The notes: generated by a model not told the origin, from the letters alone. Positions 45,841-63,505 are shown, numbered from the stretch's first letter. The stretch is DNA of 64,000 bases from Octopus vulgaris (GCA_951406725.2 OX597838.1:6758001-6822000); one strand, 5' to 3'. A program made the numbers and translations.

Positions 45841-46399
45841 ACAGACGTGTGGCTGATGTATGTAATGTAGGCAGTGCATACCTTGAATAAAATAAATCGC
45901 TAGAAGCATTTTCCTTTTATGGAAAGATATGCACATAATTCAATAAAATTATGAAGGTTATTCTGATTACTAAGCATAAATTGCAATGTTTTTTTCTTGT
46001 GCAGATTAAGTAGGCATGATTTCTGCCCTGACTGTCAATCTCAGTATTGAAGCTACGCATACTAATGCTGTAGTACACATGCTGCGCACACTCCTACAAC
46101 AACATTTTGTTTACGAGTCAACTTAGTCGCACGCCTGTGTTTTGCTTATTTTCGTCTGTTTAACTATATAAAGTCACCACGAACTTCCTACCCTGAGTCA
46201 GAGGCACTCACCCGTCTATATCTTTCTTGAATGATGAAAGAAAGGCCTGGTTGGAGACCCAAACATCCGACTTCTTTTACAGGGCTTAGAACAGCTAAAG
46301 GATCGCAAATCTCAAAGGGGAAAATGTTGAATAAAATCATAATTAGCTGATCGTCCTCCAATTTGTTTTACCCGAAGCGAAGAACATTTCCGCAACACG

Positions 46400-48960
<2,561 letters not shown>

Positions 48961-50584
48961 GTAAGTCTATACGTGCGAATAACATGGAAACTAAATAGTT
49001 TGAATTGAAGAGAGTTAAAATTTAGCGACATCAGATACACTAACAATTTCTAAAGGAAAACTTTATTTTGTTTTCCATCTTTAAAATTTTATGAGTGTTA
49101 GAATAATATAAAAAATTCCATCATCCATTTTCCTTCTCTTTTTTCCCCTTTCAAAATTATTACGATTGTAAAATATTTTTATTACTTGAACATAAAACTA
49201 TTTGTTATTTGGATTTTTGTCGAATGCAATCAAATTATTTCTCTGTGTAGTAAAAATTTCTCCGCTAAGATACTTAAATGTGGTTAACCAAGAACTTTTA
49301 ATTATCGGGAATTTCACCCGTAGTGGCGAAAAAGAAAATTCATTATTCTAATTATTAAGACTGTTGTCTTGAAAGACAGTGGTGACAAACACAGAATTAA
49401 AATTATTTTGAAATAAAAATCATAGCATTATATAAATGCAGTAGAATGTGATTTTGTCTTAGAGTGTATGGGGATACCAGCTCCAGACATGTTTTTGTCT
49501 AAGTAGGCTAATATTGCCAAATCTGAGTTAACTGGAATTTAGGAATTGCAGGAATAAAACATTGAATAGCGTGACAATTTGAATAAACAAATAATTATAG
49601 TGGGAAAGTATCCAGCCGTCTGGAAAATGAATATTAACATCATGAGCATTAACATATTTATTTCAATGAGGCAATAAATTTTAATAAATTTTAATAAGTG
49701 AATGACCCTTAGTGAGCTGAAGAAGTCATTTTCTTGTACGACTTATTTTTGTCGCTATAAGAATTTATAAAATATTGCAGACAACCTGAAATCATTAGGT
49801 AGTGGAACAAATTCTTATGCTCTGAACAACAAGCAGTTGTCTCTGGAAAGAACAGTTTTTATAAACTGATACAGAAATTCGAATGAATACTTTGCTCCAG
49901 GAGTAGAACATCTGCCATGCTTACAAAAGGGTCCAACAGACATCCTTCGAATCCTGCTATCCAAATGGTCTTTTTTTAAACCAGTATTTTTGAGCTGTTT
50001 CTAATACCTCAATTTGCTTCGAGATCCAATTTTCAAACAATTATTTCAGTAATATATTCGACATAACGTAAATATAGTACAGGTTGTAAGTGAAAGTGTT
50101 GGTTATGTTTTCATGCCAAGATAGTCTAGCTTCCAATACAAAATGACATCGATTTTATATGTGTAAATATCAATATGATCATCATTTTCTTTTTCAATTG
50201 GTATACAAAGCAAAAAGCAATATCTAGCCTCCATGCTCACTTATCACTTAATTTGCGATTTGGACAAAATGTATCTTTTCTGGCATATCATAATTTAGTT
50301 TATTTTATCGTTTGAAATTTATAGTCTTCCAGAGTGTATTATAGTGACTCCTAAATATTTGGATCAAATGTTCATGCTACGGAAGCGAAGAAGCGTGGGG
50401 TGCCACTGGTTTTCAGGATGTGCTAGAGGTCTTAATGTCGTGGGATCAATTCCTGCTCCAGGAATTGAATTTTCTGTCTTTGCGCAAAACGCTTGGGTTT
50501 AACTTGCCACAGTCTATACGGCTGAAAATAAATATTTGCCAAGTGGCGCTACGTCTTCCCCCATAAGATATTTCTCGATGTTAA

Positions 50585-50790
50585 GCTGCGAGCTAGCAGA
50601 AACGTTAGCACGCCGGGCGAAATACGTAGCGGTATTTCTTCTGTCTTTATGCTCTGAGTTCAAATTCCACCGAAGTCGTATTTTTCTTTCATCTTTTCGG
50701 GACGATAAATTAAGTACCAGTTGCGTATTGGAGTCGATCTAATCGCCTGGACTCCGCCCCCAAAATTTCGGACCTTGTGCCTAGAGAAGT
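50585..50790 (+). mobile_element. SINE family A (variant with CCTTGTGCCTAG tail)
   Basis: GCGAGCTAGCAGAAACGTTAGCACGCCGGGCGAAAT..CTGAGTTCAAATTCC. Confidence 0.85.
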
Positions 50791-50931
50791 AAAGGATATT
50801 TTCTTCATGAGTCACTCTGCTAGCAGTGTGTCAGCGTTATGAGAGTCGATGTCTGCTCGTGGTTACACAGTCATCTGAAACATTCAACGAAAGAATTGTA
50901 CGTATTCCGAAACCATATTGCGAAACCATAA

Positions 50932-51067
50932 GTCGACTTTGCCTTTCATCCTTTCGGGGTCGATTAAATAAGTACCAGTTCGCACTGTCGTTGATATAAT
51001 CGACTTAATCCGTTTGTTTGTCCTTGTTTGTCCCCCTTGTGTATAGCCCCTTGTGGGCAGTAAAGCA
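50932..51067 (+). mobile_element. 5'-truncated SINE family A
   Basis: GTCGACTTTGCCTTTCATCCTTTCGGGGTCGATTAAATAAGTACCAG...CCTTGTGGGCAGTAAAG. Confidence 0.85.
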
Positions 51068-51499
51068 ATGAATTATATACATTTCTGTAGCTTCACTAGC
51101 CCAAAGTTTGCACCGAGAAACTCAATATGTATAACATACCAGGAAACAGAAATTACCGTCCTATTACTGAGGATCAAGGGAGACGCTTCAAAAGTGGCCA
51201 CCACCACTAAAATATACGGCGCAGCAGTAATAACCTGCACACATAGAAACTGATGTAACTAGCGTAAGTGCTAATTCTATTAAATTTCGGTTAATTATAA
51301 ACTTTGGTCATATCAATTTCAGTTGTGAAGTTGTTTAGAAGCAACCAGAAATTTAAAATGTTTATGAGGATGTTTCTGTTTTTTTATATAAGGAAAGGTT
51401 TGTTTTTTTTTATCAGTAATTTCCGCTTCCTTTTCTATGTGTTTAAATATAGTAAAAATCGTTTATGAAAGTCTAAATGTTTTCGTTAATGAAATATCT

Positions 51500-52116
51500 A
51501 TGTATGTAATGTATGTGTATGTATGCATGTTTGTATGCATGTACATGTATGTATGTATGTAAGTTTGTGTGTATGCATGATTGCATGTACGTATGTTTGT
51601 ATGCTTGTATGTATGTATGTATGTTTGTGTGTATGTTTGTATGCATGTTCGTATGTATGTATGTTGGCACGTATATAAGTATGTATGTATATTTGCATAT
51701 ATGCATGCTTGAACGTTTGTATGTATACATGTTTGTATGAATATATTTATGTTTGCTTATGTATGCATGTTTATATGTATGTATATTTGTATGCATGTAG
51801 GTCTGTATGTATATGTATTTGTATGTATGTATATATATATATGTTAATATTTGAGAGTGGAAGGAGTGAGTGGGGGAGTGAGTGAATGTATACATCTAGA
51901 TAGTAAACATCTTAGCATATATAGGTATGAATGTATGTCACTTGAAATAATGTATGTGAACGTATATATTTTGAAATATCCATACGTATTTGTATATCTG
52001 TATAGATGTACATATCATATAAATATACATATGTATGTATATATATATATATATATATATACATATATAGCTTATGTATCTTATATATATGTGCCTTTGT
52101 GTGTGTGTGTGTGTGT

Positions 52117-52196
<80 letters not shown>

Positions 52197-52200
52197 GTGT
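51500..52200. repeat. (ATGT)n and (GT)n tracts
   Basis: Direct reading. Confidence 0.9.
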
Positions 52201-53399
52201 TAATGTAAGCAATTGAAATGTAGCTGCTGTAGGAACGAAATTTGATTAAAATTTATATCGATTGCAGTAAATTTTTAGGTGAAGAAATAGTTTTTGTGTA
52301 AAACTAAGTTTAAACATGAAATTACATTGAAATAAATCTAGTATTGAATAAGTAATCAACATCAGATATGCAATTACGTTCAATTTATATAAATCTTAAT
52401 TAAATTTTATAAGGAACATAATTATTTCTCGTCTAATGATTTAGAACTGAACACTTGGTTAACACTACCAGAATTGCTATAATACATTGAAACACGCTTG
52501 AAGATATTTGAGGTCTTTATGTGAAATGTAGGAAAAGATTTATGCAACGTTGCAAAAATTGTTAAATTATATTCAATCCATATGCAAGCTTACATGAATA
52601 CGTAGGAATTTGAAACATATAATTTTATAGATATAAATTATAAAACATATTTAGGCATGTTTATTTAATGAAATTATGTATAATAACGGTCTCAAATTAC
52701 TTATGTTTTTTTTTAAATATGCTTTTATGTTATTTTGCATTTGGTGAACAAAAACTGCGATCGGTTAAGTCTCTCCCCTGCATATGTGAATTTATAAGTT
52801 CCTGTTTATCTGAGAGAAGTAAGAAATATGAGAGTCAGTCTGCAGCGTGAGGAGGTTGACGTGCCTCAAGAGGATTCATCTGTTGAAAAATAAAACCAGT
52901 TAACCGATTTTTCGGTTGAGGTTCCGGACTTTTCGTTTCATACTTATCACAAATAGAGAGATGCAAACCCCCTTTTATATCCTGCAATGTGTATACAAAT
53001 GCACACACACACACACACACAAACACATATATATATACATACATAGTGAAGAATGGGAAGTTCTGTATACACGTGGGATAGGTATATAAGAAATAAAAGA
53101 AATGTAATAGTCTCTCACACACACACACTCACACACATACATATATATATATATTATATGTAGAAAAATACAAACTGGGACAAGAACGTAAAACATTTAG
53201 AAGATTATACAAAAAACACGGACCGGACATTCGAAGCCTTCAATCTTCAGTCAAGAACCGGATCATCCTCGCAATTTCGGCTGATTAATACATTTATATA
53301 TATATATGTACATTTATATACATTTATATATGTATGTATGTATTCATGTGCACATATTCTATATATGCATAGAAATAAGTATATGTGGGGATATTACAA

Positions 53400-55190
53400 G
53401 GGCCAGCAGTATTCTAGGCGTCGATTTTTAGAGGAAAAGAGGAGAACGACCACAACTTATTCACATCTTACTCGGAAACATCTGAGGATACAGGAGCTCA
53501 TCTTGACAGACATATCGACTTTATTGTGAATGGGGGCATTGCAGCTGAGACTGTTGACAATAGTCATTCTTAAGTCCCTGATACTAATAGGTACCGTGAG
53601 TTATTGCGTCGATGGAAGAGAATATTTGCGTCTTTCACTTTCGACTAAAGAAATTCAAGAAAATTCAGAATTTTTCTTTCTGGAAAACAAATTTAAATGG
53701 CAATATCTTTACCAACCAGCCGACCGAATTAAGGGTTTTTTAGTGGTTTTGAAAGGAGGGTGAGCAATTTAGTTATTCAGTAAACGAAAATCATACTTGC
53801 CCAAAATCGAAAATCTAGAAATACTACACACAGCCTCAGTAAGATCATCAGCATTAACAGTAACAACAGCATCAACAATTAAACGCAACACAAAAGAAAA
53901 CTCTACTACTACAACCATTCCTGCAGCAGCAGTCTTAAACCGCAGCAACTGCAATAAAAGTACGCATAAATCACCATCATCATTGCCGTAGTAGTTAGCA
54001 TTGGACTATACAACCGCAGCGACAACAATAACAGCAACATCAACACCTCGCTATTACCTCTCCCCAACATCAGCACCTCGCTATCCAAACACCCACTGCT
54101 ACTACTGTTACTAACTTTTTCAACACTACATCCATTCTTAATATTACCAAAGTGCAGGCCTGAAGCAACAACATAAAACAGAAAATTCTTCGAAATATTG
54201 GCAACACATTTCATCCACGTCTCTATGACAAAGAAAAAATACCCATTTAAAAATGTAGGAGACATATATATAACCTTTGTGGGTCGGGAGAATATGGCTC
54301 ACGTACAGGTTGTACCTTTCAACTTTCGGAAAATAAAGTAAAAATAGAATTACTCCCCAACTAATTGCTGGTATTGTTTTCAAAACTAGGTTATTGGGTG
54401 CATGGCACTCGAATGTTGCCAAGCGCTCACAGCCCTCTTCCAGTCAGGCAATGGAATCGGTGGATGTTTTTCTCTTTAGAAATTTATAGCGAACTAATGG
54501 CAGTAATTTTGACGAGGATCTCGGGGACACAGTTGGTGTTGACGCAAACAAACTGACCCGTCTGTTTTGGAGGACCTTCCTCTCGGGAACTATCACGGGT
54601 AATTTCCAGGTGTCCTCGACCTCGCGATGCTCCCCATGGACGCTACCGGTTCGAGATAAACTCTACAGGCATGGATGTGCTGTTAGACGGGCTTGTCCGA
54701 GTGACGAAACCGTTCTGCACGTACCCGTTCAGCATCCGGACATTTCTGACTTGTGGGGTTATGTCCAGCAGCTGCTGTCACGTGTGCGATGGATCTCTCT
54801 ATCGGCCGAGTCTACATCCTTTAATCATGCAGGCAAGACAGATTTCCTATGCCTGCTGGCTGTGGCGAAAATGATTGTTTGGTGGACGAAGCTCAGAAGC
54901 ATGAGAACTGATACATTCCTCTTTGGTAGAGCTGACTTCACCAAGTTTCAATTCTCCCCAAAAAAAGTGAGGGTGGAGAGAAAAGTTAAGTCCTCGAGCG
55001 AGTTCATTGAAAGGTGGGTGAAAGTTACAAAATGGCAAGAGTGGATGGTAACTGTCAAGTGTAGACCTTAGAGTCGGAGAAAGGGAATTGGAGAGAGCAG
55101 CTGCCCGTGGTATTCAGGGACATCTTGGACAATGAGGTTCCTCGATTATTCCTAGAGGTAATTCTGTATGAGATGGAAAATCATTCCCCA
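53400..55190 (+). mobile_element. Decayed, internally deleted L1/Tx1-clade LINE (ORF1 relic joined to the ORF2 C-terminus)
   Basis: RRFLEEKRRT..TYS and VVLKGG resemble KKWLKDREDRTVVLRTYS and VILEGR of the 27.6-kb ORF1; 54610-55071 gives LPVRDKLYRHG..CP..ETVLH..LW (zf-RVT-like ORF2 C-terminus); (TTA)n follows. Confidence 0.7.
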
Positions 55191-55192
55191 CA

Positions 55193-55193
55193 C

Positions 55194-55255
<62 letters not shown>

Positions 55256-55261
55256 ATAATT

Positions 55262-55306
<45 letters not shown>
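55193..55306. repeat. (TTA)n microsatellite
   Basis: Direct reading. Confidence 0.95.
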
Positions 55307-55313
55307 GTTTAAT

Positions 55314-55525
55314 GCGAAAGGTTGGCAGAATCGTTAGCACGCCGGGCGAAATACTTAGCGGTATTTCGTTCGTCTTCTTGTTCTGAGTTCAAATTCCGCA
55401 TGGGTCGACTTTGCCTTTCAGGATCCTTTCGGGATCGATATATTAAAGTACCAGTGAAACACTGGGGTCCATGTAATCGACTCGTCCCCTTCCCCAAATC
55501 TCGGGCCTTTTGACTATACTAGAAA
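55314..55525 (+). mobile_element. SINE family A
   Basis: GGCAGAATCGTTAGCACGCCGGGCGAAAT..CTGAGTTCAAATTCCG..GTCGACTTTGCCTTTCA. Confidence 0.85.
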
Positions 55526-55562
55526 GGATTATTGTTATTGCCGTTGTTGTTATCATTATCAT

Positions 55563-55627
<65 letters not shown>

Positions 55628-55769
55628 TTACTACCATTACCACTACTACTTCTACTTCGTCACGTGGTGTAGGTGGGAAATGCATCGAAATATTTAGTCA
55701 TCTGTCGTGTCACCTCAAAGACTTAAGACTTATCATTCTTAAGACTTACCATTCTTTCGTTGTGTAATA

Positions 55770-56800
55770 GAGAGCAAGATTGATTTCTGTTTGACACTAA
55801 TCTTTTATTTCCAAACGCGCCTTAACAATTTTTTGGATTTTCAAAGGGATTCATCCTCATTTCCCGATCACAATTGGCATCACTCTTTCTTTACTTTTCC
55901 GCATTCCAAGCAATCTCCACTTACAAAGCGGACTACTTCGTAATTTTTTATTTTTCTGCAAAATTCCAAACCTCTGTTTTATTCTTACTAAAATGCTACA
56001 CATCATCCATGTAGAGCAAATGGTAAAGACGCCATTTACTATTTCTTACCCGATGCCCTGATTTTAATTTTCTTAATACTAATCTAAAGTGGATTAAACA
56101 TAACACAAATATTAAAGGGGATAAACGAGTCTCCTTGTAAAATTCCTCTCTTTGATACTAACTTTCTCTACAGCTTTACCACCTGAGTAAAAATCGATTT
56201 TCCATTTCTTCATACTATAGCAAATAAAATCCCTTATGTTCTCTGTAATAAAGAATATTCTCAAGCATTCACCGATGCATGTTCGTGGAATTAGGTCATA
56301 GGGTTTCTTATAATCTCTCCTAGCTAGTGTTAAATTCTTATTTCTAGATTTCGCTACTTTTAGGACTGTATAACAGGTCATACATCCCTCTAGCTTTCTT
56401 CCGGTAAATTTCCTTCTTTTCAGGAAGTAAATTCTTGCTCTATCAAGGCGCTCATCGATGGTTTCTGGGCGTATTCCTGTTAATAAAGTCCACACGAATG
56501 TTAAGCAAGTGATTGGTCCATAATTAGTTGTTATATTGTTCATGATTTTCTCATTTACAAGGAGTAATGTTCTCTCTCTCCCCCTCTCTCTCTCTTTCTC
56601 TCTCTCTCTCTCCAGTTATCTAATTAAGTATAACTCCTCAATTCAGGCAATCCGGAAGTTCTTCCCTCAATCTCCCATGTAAATTATCAAATTTCTTTAA
56701 CCATTACCCTTGAACTATATCTGGACTTTTCCATTTCGACTTTCTTCCTAAGATTTCCTCTCATAATTTAAACTATCCTGAATCCGCAGTACTGGTTTAT
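55770..56800 (-). pseudogene. Decayed reverse transcriptase of an R4/Dong-like (RLE) non-LTR retrotransposon
   Basis: WLKKF..LH, NYGPITCL..W.LLTG, DYKKPYD, RGILQGD and HLLYMDD (YMDD at 56013-56002), with stops, frameshifts and an inserted (GA)n. Confidence 0.85.
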
Positions 56801-56901
56801 CCGATTACCGTTGTTATCATCATCATCATCATCATCATCATCATTAGCAGCAGCAGCAGCAGCATTATTACCATTATTATTATCACGTCACAACAAGGAC
56901 G

Positions 56902-57212
56902 TCAAAAAGACAGTACTTTACGCAATATACGAAGATTTCCAAGTAATGCCGACTTTTGCAATACACCTACATTGTAAGGTATTCCTAAGGTTTTCAGATG
57001 TCTTTGTTTTTTTGTTTTTTGTTTTGTTTTTGTTTTTCTTTTTAGATTGGGTGGTATCGAAACCAATGCTCCAATGACAATAAGGATAACACTTGATGTT
57101 TGACTCTCGTAGCAGCCACATTTTAGGGATCTCAATTTTCGCGTCTCCATATTCATCAAATTTTTCTCCTTCTTTCATGATGATAAGTTAATCTCCTGGC
57201 AATACCACAGCG
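56902..57212 (-). pseudogene. Decayed RLE endonuclease C-terminus of an R4/Dong-like element
   Basis: PGD..KEGEKFDEYGD.KIEI.KMW, IVIGAL and LQKSALLG..RILRKVL across frameshifts. Confidence 0.8.
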
Positions 57213-57214
57213 AT

Positions 57215-57276
<62 letters not shown>

Positions 57277-57390
57277 TAATAATAATAACAATAATAATAG
57301 TGCCACTGCTCTCTCACTCAATAATAATAATAATAATAATAATAACAATAATAATAATAATAATAATAACAATAATATATAATAATAATA
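57215..57390 (+). repeat. (AAT)n tract with an embedded 20-bp element stub
   Basis: Direct reading. Confidence 0.9.
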
Positions 57391-57451
57391 TTTTTGTTGT
57401 TGCTGCTGTTCTTGTTCTTGTAGCTGTTCTAGTCGATGTTCCTGTTGTTTA

Positions 57452-57980
57452 TGAATGAGAAAGCAGTGTACGCCATCATCAAAGTGACACTAGGGCACAA
57501 ATATACGAAGCCCAGTATATCCATCATGACTACCCGGCTGATAAGATTACACCAGGCACATGCATCACAACCGTATGTGCGCGTCAAGGTGAACTCATAT
57601 CAAGATAAACTGGTAATGACCTTGCAGTTGGGCTCCTGTTAGAATTTTTCATCAGATTTAGTACCCCATCTCACTCAAATGTTCTCTGAATAAGGATTGT
57701 TTAAGAATGTTGAACGAAACACCCAAGTTTCCAGAGGTGATTTATTCAAATCCCAAAGAAACCCTCTCGACACATCGCTATGATGCTCCTCCGCTACACC
57801 TGTTCGTGATCAGAGATGCACATATCGCCAGCCATTAGGGGACATGCTCAACAGGTATTGAGCAGAATATTTGCTGAATGGCCATCTTTTATACCAAGAC
57901 AAATCAATGTACACGATAACACCTCCAGTCGGTTAAAATCAAAAACCATGAGAGCCAGTACCTGGTATTCCATCGTGGCA
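57452..57980 (-). mobile_element. About 530-bp non-coding interspersed element (probable retroposon)
   Basis: Complex sequence between microsatellites; its minus-strand end CACTGCTTTCTCATTCA recurs as CACTGCTCTCTCACTCA at 57304-57320. Confidence 0.55.
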
Positions 57981-57999
57981 ATTATAATCCTCCCCGTCC

Positions 58000-58133
58000 T
58001 CTTCTTCCTCCTCCTCATCATCATCATCATCATCATCATCAATATCATCAGCTTCAGTAGTTGCAGCAGCAACAGCAGTGGTGGTGGTACTAGGTGAAGA
58101 GGAAGCACCGGGAGCAGCAGCAACAGTAGTAGC

Positions 58134-58171
<38 letters not shown>

Positions 58172-58178
58172 GAGTAGC

Positions 58179-58243
<65 letters not shown>

Positions 58244-58394
58244 AGGTAGTAGTTGTAGTAGAAGTAGTAGTGGTAGTAGTTGTAATAGTAGTAGTAGTAG
58301 CAGTAGTAGTAGTAGCAGTAGTAGTAATAGTGGTAGCAGCAGCAGCAGCAGTACTAGTAGTAGTAGTAGTAGTAGCAGTAGTAGTAGTAGTAGC

Positions 58395-58430
<36 letters not shown>

Positions 58431-58881
58431 TACGTACATATCTAAAAATCTTAATAAAATAAACAAGAATTCATAACAATAAATCACATTTTTTTTCTCT
58501 TTTCTTTTTCCTTTTTCTTTTCTTCTTTTTTCTTCTCTTTTCTGAGGCACACATTTCGTTACCCGTTTCTATTAATCGATGTCACTTTTGTTGTTGTTGT
58601 TGTTGTTGATAGAAATACGACGCAACTTCGGAGAATAATCAGTAAAGCGCGTAACAATAACTACAGCCACGCCAGCATCAATAATGGTGACGAGGACAAC
58701 GACGTCGAGGACGCGGCTGCTGATGGTGATGACGATGATGATGATGGTGGTGGTGGTGGTGATGATGGTGATGGTGATGGTGGTGGTGGTGATGATGATG
58801 ATGGTGATGATGATGGTGAAAGTGATGACGATGATTGTGATGATGATGATGATGATGATGATGACGATGGTGAAGATGATA

Positions 58882-58914
<33 letters not shown>

Positions 58915-58925
58915 TGACGACGACG

Positions 58926-58957
<32 letters not shown>

Positions 58958-59042
58958 GATGATGATGATGGTGAAGATGATGATGATGATGGGGATGATG
59001 ATGGTGATGATGGTGATGATGATGATGATGATGATGATGAAC

Positions 59043-59074
<32 letters not shown>

Positions 59075-59075
59075 A

Positions 59076-59125
<50 letters not shown>

Positions 59126-59300
59126 GATAATGATGGTGATGATGATGATGATGATGATAAAAATGTGGAATTAAACACCTACAATGATAGTTGTATACGC
59201 CGTGTTGATAGCGGTGAGAGTATTAACAACACAAATAATTTCATAAATAATAACTATGGCAACAATAACAACAACAACAACGACAATAATAAGAGTGATG

Positions 59301-59364
<64 letters not shown>

Positions 59365-59367
59365 GTA

Positions 59368-59419
<52 letters not shown>

Positions 59420-60290
59420 GATGAGAAGAAGAAAAAGAAGAAAGAAGAAGAAGAAAAAGAAGTATATATATATATATACAATCCCACTCGTATATAAGAT
59501 ATACGTAATATTCATCTATATATACATACACACACATATCTAATGTAAAAGTATATAGATATGTACATACATGCACATGTATAAAATATCTAAATAATAT
59601 ATACATGTATATATATATATCTAAAAATTCGTGTGTGTGTGCGTGTGCGCGCGCGTTTTTTGTGTGTGTGTGTGTGTGTTGAAATTCGGTTCGTGTCCCG
59701 CGTTACAGCAGTTTATGTTTTTACGTCAATTTGCGTTTTATTATAATAATTATAAGAGGGTGGGGCGGAGGCATATATTTTGTAAGCTTTGGTAGTGTTT
59801 TTTTTTATTTTTTCCATGTTTTCTGGTGGGTGGCGGTGAAGGTGGAGTGGACGTTAGAAAGTGCCATTGCTTGGTGGAAGCAATTTGAAATGTCGCTGAC
59901 GCCTTTGGATATGAGAGTAACCTATAATAATTATGAGGTGAATAAATGAATGAAGGAAAAAGGGGGAAGGTAGGAGGAAGAGTGGGTGGAGGAAGAAGAC
60001 GGCGATGAGAAAATGAAGAGGAAGGTGCAAAACAGAAGAAGCAGAAGAAGACGAAGAAGGAGAAGACGAAATAGAAGAAGAAGAAGAAGAAGAAGAAGAA
60101 GAGGAGGAAAAAAGAAGAAAACGAAGAAAAAGAAGATGATGATGAAGATGAAGAGGAGGAAAATGAGAAAGAATAAGAAAGAGGACGTGGAGGAGGATGA
60201 GGAGAAGGAGAAGAAGAAGAAGAAGAAGAAGAAGAAGAAAAAGAAAAAGAAGAAGAAGAAGAAGAAGAAGAAGAAGAAGAAGAAGAGCTA
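58000..60290. repeat. Compound (TAG)n, (GAT)n, (AAT)n and (GAA)n tracts with short unique spacers
   Basis: Direct reading. Confidence 0.9.
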
Positions 60291-60403
60291 CATTAAAGAC
60301 AGTATATAACCAAATTTACGTTAATCCGAAGTGTTAATCCTCAGATTTGTAGGGCCGAATCCGCAAACTTACTGGCATTAGTATATTTGATACAAAATTG
60401 TAC

Positions 60404-60453
<50 letters not shown>

Positions 60454-60459
60454 AATATA

Positions 60460-61360
<901 letters not shown>

Positions 61361-62295
61361 CATACAAAATACCATTCGGTTGCATACTCCACAACATCTT
61401 GAAACTCGCCTAAAAAGGCTCCGACAAACGGGTGCAGTTTGAAGTCGTTCCAAGGACATGAGAAATGGTTAACCACTGTAAATGACGAATATCGAGAAGC
61501 AGTAACTACATAGAGAAACTAGATTCAATAGGAAAATTAATATAGAATTTAGAATAAAACGCTTGCGAAGGCAAAGTTCAAGGCAGAAAATATTAATAAA
61601 AATTCACTAACAGCATATTAGACGGAGAGACAGAAGCAAGATAATTAAAACCAAACGGAGACCTGCAAATAGTTAAGGATTTAATTAAGTACAGAGAGCA
61701 CCTCGCAGACATGAATGCCGAGTTTTAGGAAGACTGTTATGTAGCTTTTAGATTAATACAGAAAACAAGAGTTAAATGAGAAAGAAAAAAAAAGAAAAGA
61801 AAAACGGGTAATTTGTATTAATATTCAAGCTGTTCGTATAATGTGTTATGGTTATCGTATCCTCAACTGCAAGTTAAGTGAATTAACAACGCCAGACAGG
61901 AAAATGTGAACAATAATAACTGCATTTAGGACAAAACGCACACAAAAGCAGGCGCATACATATTATATTTACGACAAATAAAGCAAGGAAGGTGTTTTCT
62001 GTTGCTAGAAAATAATTACAAACTAGGACAATAAGAAAAAAAAAAGAAAACGTCTTGTAAATAACCGTACGAATCCAATACAAATAGCAGCATAACATAG
62101 AAAAACAAATATGAGTTTGTTCTGTTTTTGTTTTTTTTCTTTCTGGTTTCAAGGAAGCCGAAGCATATTAAAACACAGACTGCAGAAACAGACAGTTCGG
62201 ATGAAGACAGAGAAGGAAGAGAAGTTATTAAAAACTGTGTATGATCAAAATGAGATTAGAAAATGTGTTTCTAAGACGTTGGCAAGTCAACTTAA

Positions 62296-62330
<35 letters not shown>

Positions 62331-62354
62331 TCTATATATATATTCTATATATAT

Positions 62355-62416
<62 letters not shown>

Positions 62417-62613
62417 GCAAATTTGCAAAACGGAACTCTATAACGAAAGAAAAACAGTACTATTGAATTTATATTGAATTTATATAGAGTGAATAAAAAA
62501 AAAAACAGAACATCTATAAAATTTTTTTGTAGAAAATTTAGAGATTATGAAGAAATAAGCAATCACCTTGGTTTATTTAGTTGTCTAGTTACATTTCTTT
62601 ACTAAATGTTACA

Positions 62614-62651
<38 letters not shown>

Positions 62652-63209
62652 GATACTGCTAGTATATATATATATATATATATATATATGCAATAGGAGA
62701 TATAGATAGATGCATAGTTAGATGTGTATTATTGATATGAATATATTCAAACATATGCGTGCAAGCGTGTGTGTGTATGTAGATAAAGATAATGATATCG
62801 ATAATCTGTGTATGCATGTATAGATGTATAGGGTTTTCAATGCTAAATTTGGCGATATTTGTATGCCTTTTACTTTCTGGAATAGTTTGCTATGTTGGTG
62901 ATCATTCACTGGCGTTGAAGAGCATAAAATAAAAGAAGTATATTTCGCGAAACATTTAGCTGACGTTGGAAACATAGAAGCCTTTGTGTATTGGAAAAGT
63001 CATCGCTGTAGCACGAAATCTCGCTATCAATGAGCCGAGACCATTACTGCAGTTGAATGCTCTGTGAACCGTGAAAAGGCTGGGAGATGTGGATAGCTGT
63101 AAGGGAGACTACTAAGCCGAGAAACAGATACAGCAGGCGTTTAAACTGTGAGTGCACGCGGGAATGTACACAACACCAGGAGAAGCTGATGGATGTTCCA
63201 AGAAAGGGT

Positions 63210-63397
63210 AGCTTGAGGAAAGTGGGAATGAGCCGATTACATCTGCCTCAGTGTTCAAGTGATACTTAATGTATCGATACCGAAAGGATGAAAGGCAAAA
63301 CTCGACTACGGTGGAATTTGAACTCATAACGTAGTATCAGACGAAATACAGCTAAACATTTCGCCCAGCATGTCAGCAATTCTGCCAGCTCGCCGCC
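63210..63397 (-). mobile_element. SINE family A
   Basis: CGAAAGGATGAAAGGCAAAACTCGAC..GGAATTTGAACTCA..TCTGCCAGCTCGCCGCC. Confidence 0.85.
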
Positions 63398-63399
63398 TA

Positions 63400-63434
63400 A
63401 ATAATAATAAAAATAAAAATAATAATAATGATTC

Positions 63435-63465
<31 letters not shown>

Positions 63466-63505
63466 TCTAATAATAATAAGAAGAAGAACAATAATAATAA
63501 TAATG

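Noticed and set aside
57955-57975. Short similarity to the reverse complement of the 5S rRNA 3' end
   Set aside because: Only about 15 nt, with no extension into the 5S internal control region.
59680-59700. AAATTCGGTTC resembling a miR-10 star arm
   Set aside because: No mature miR-10 arm or hairpin nearby.
61460-61740. Possible decayed LINE 3' end
   Set aside because: No readable conserved motif.
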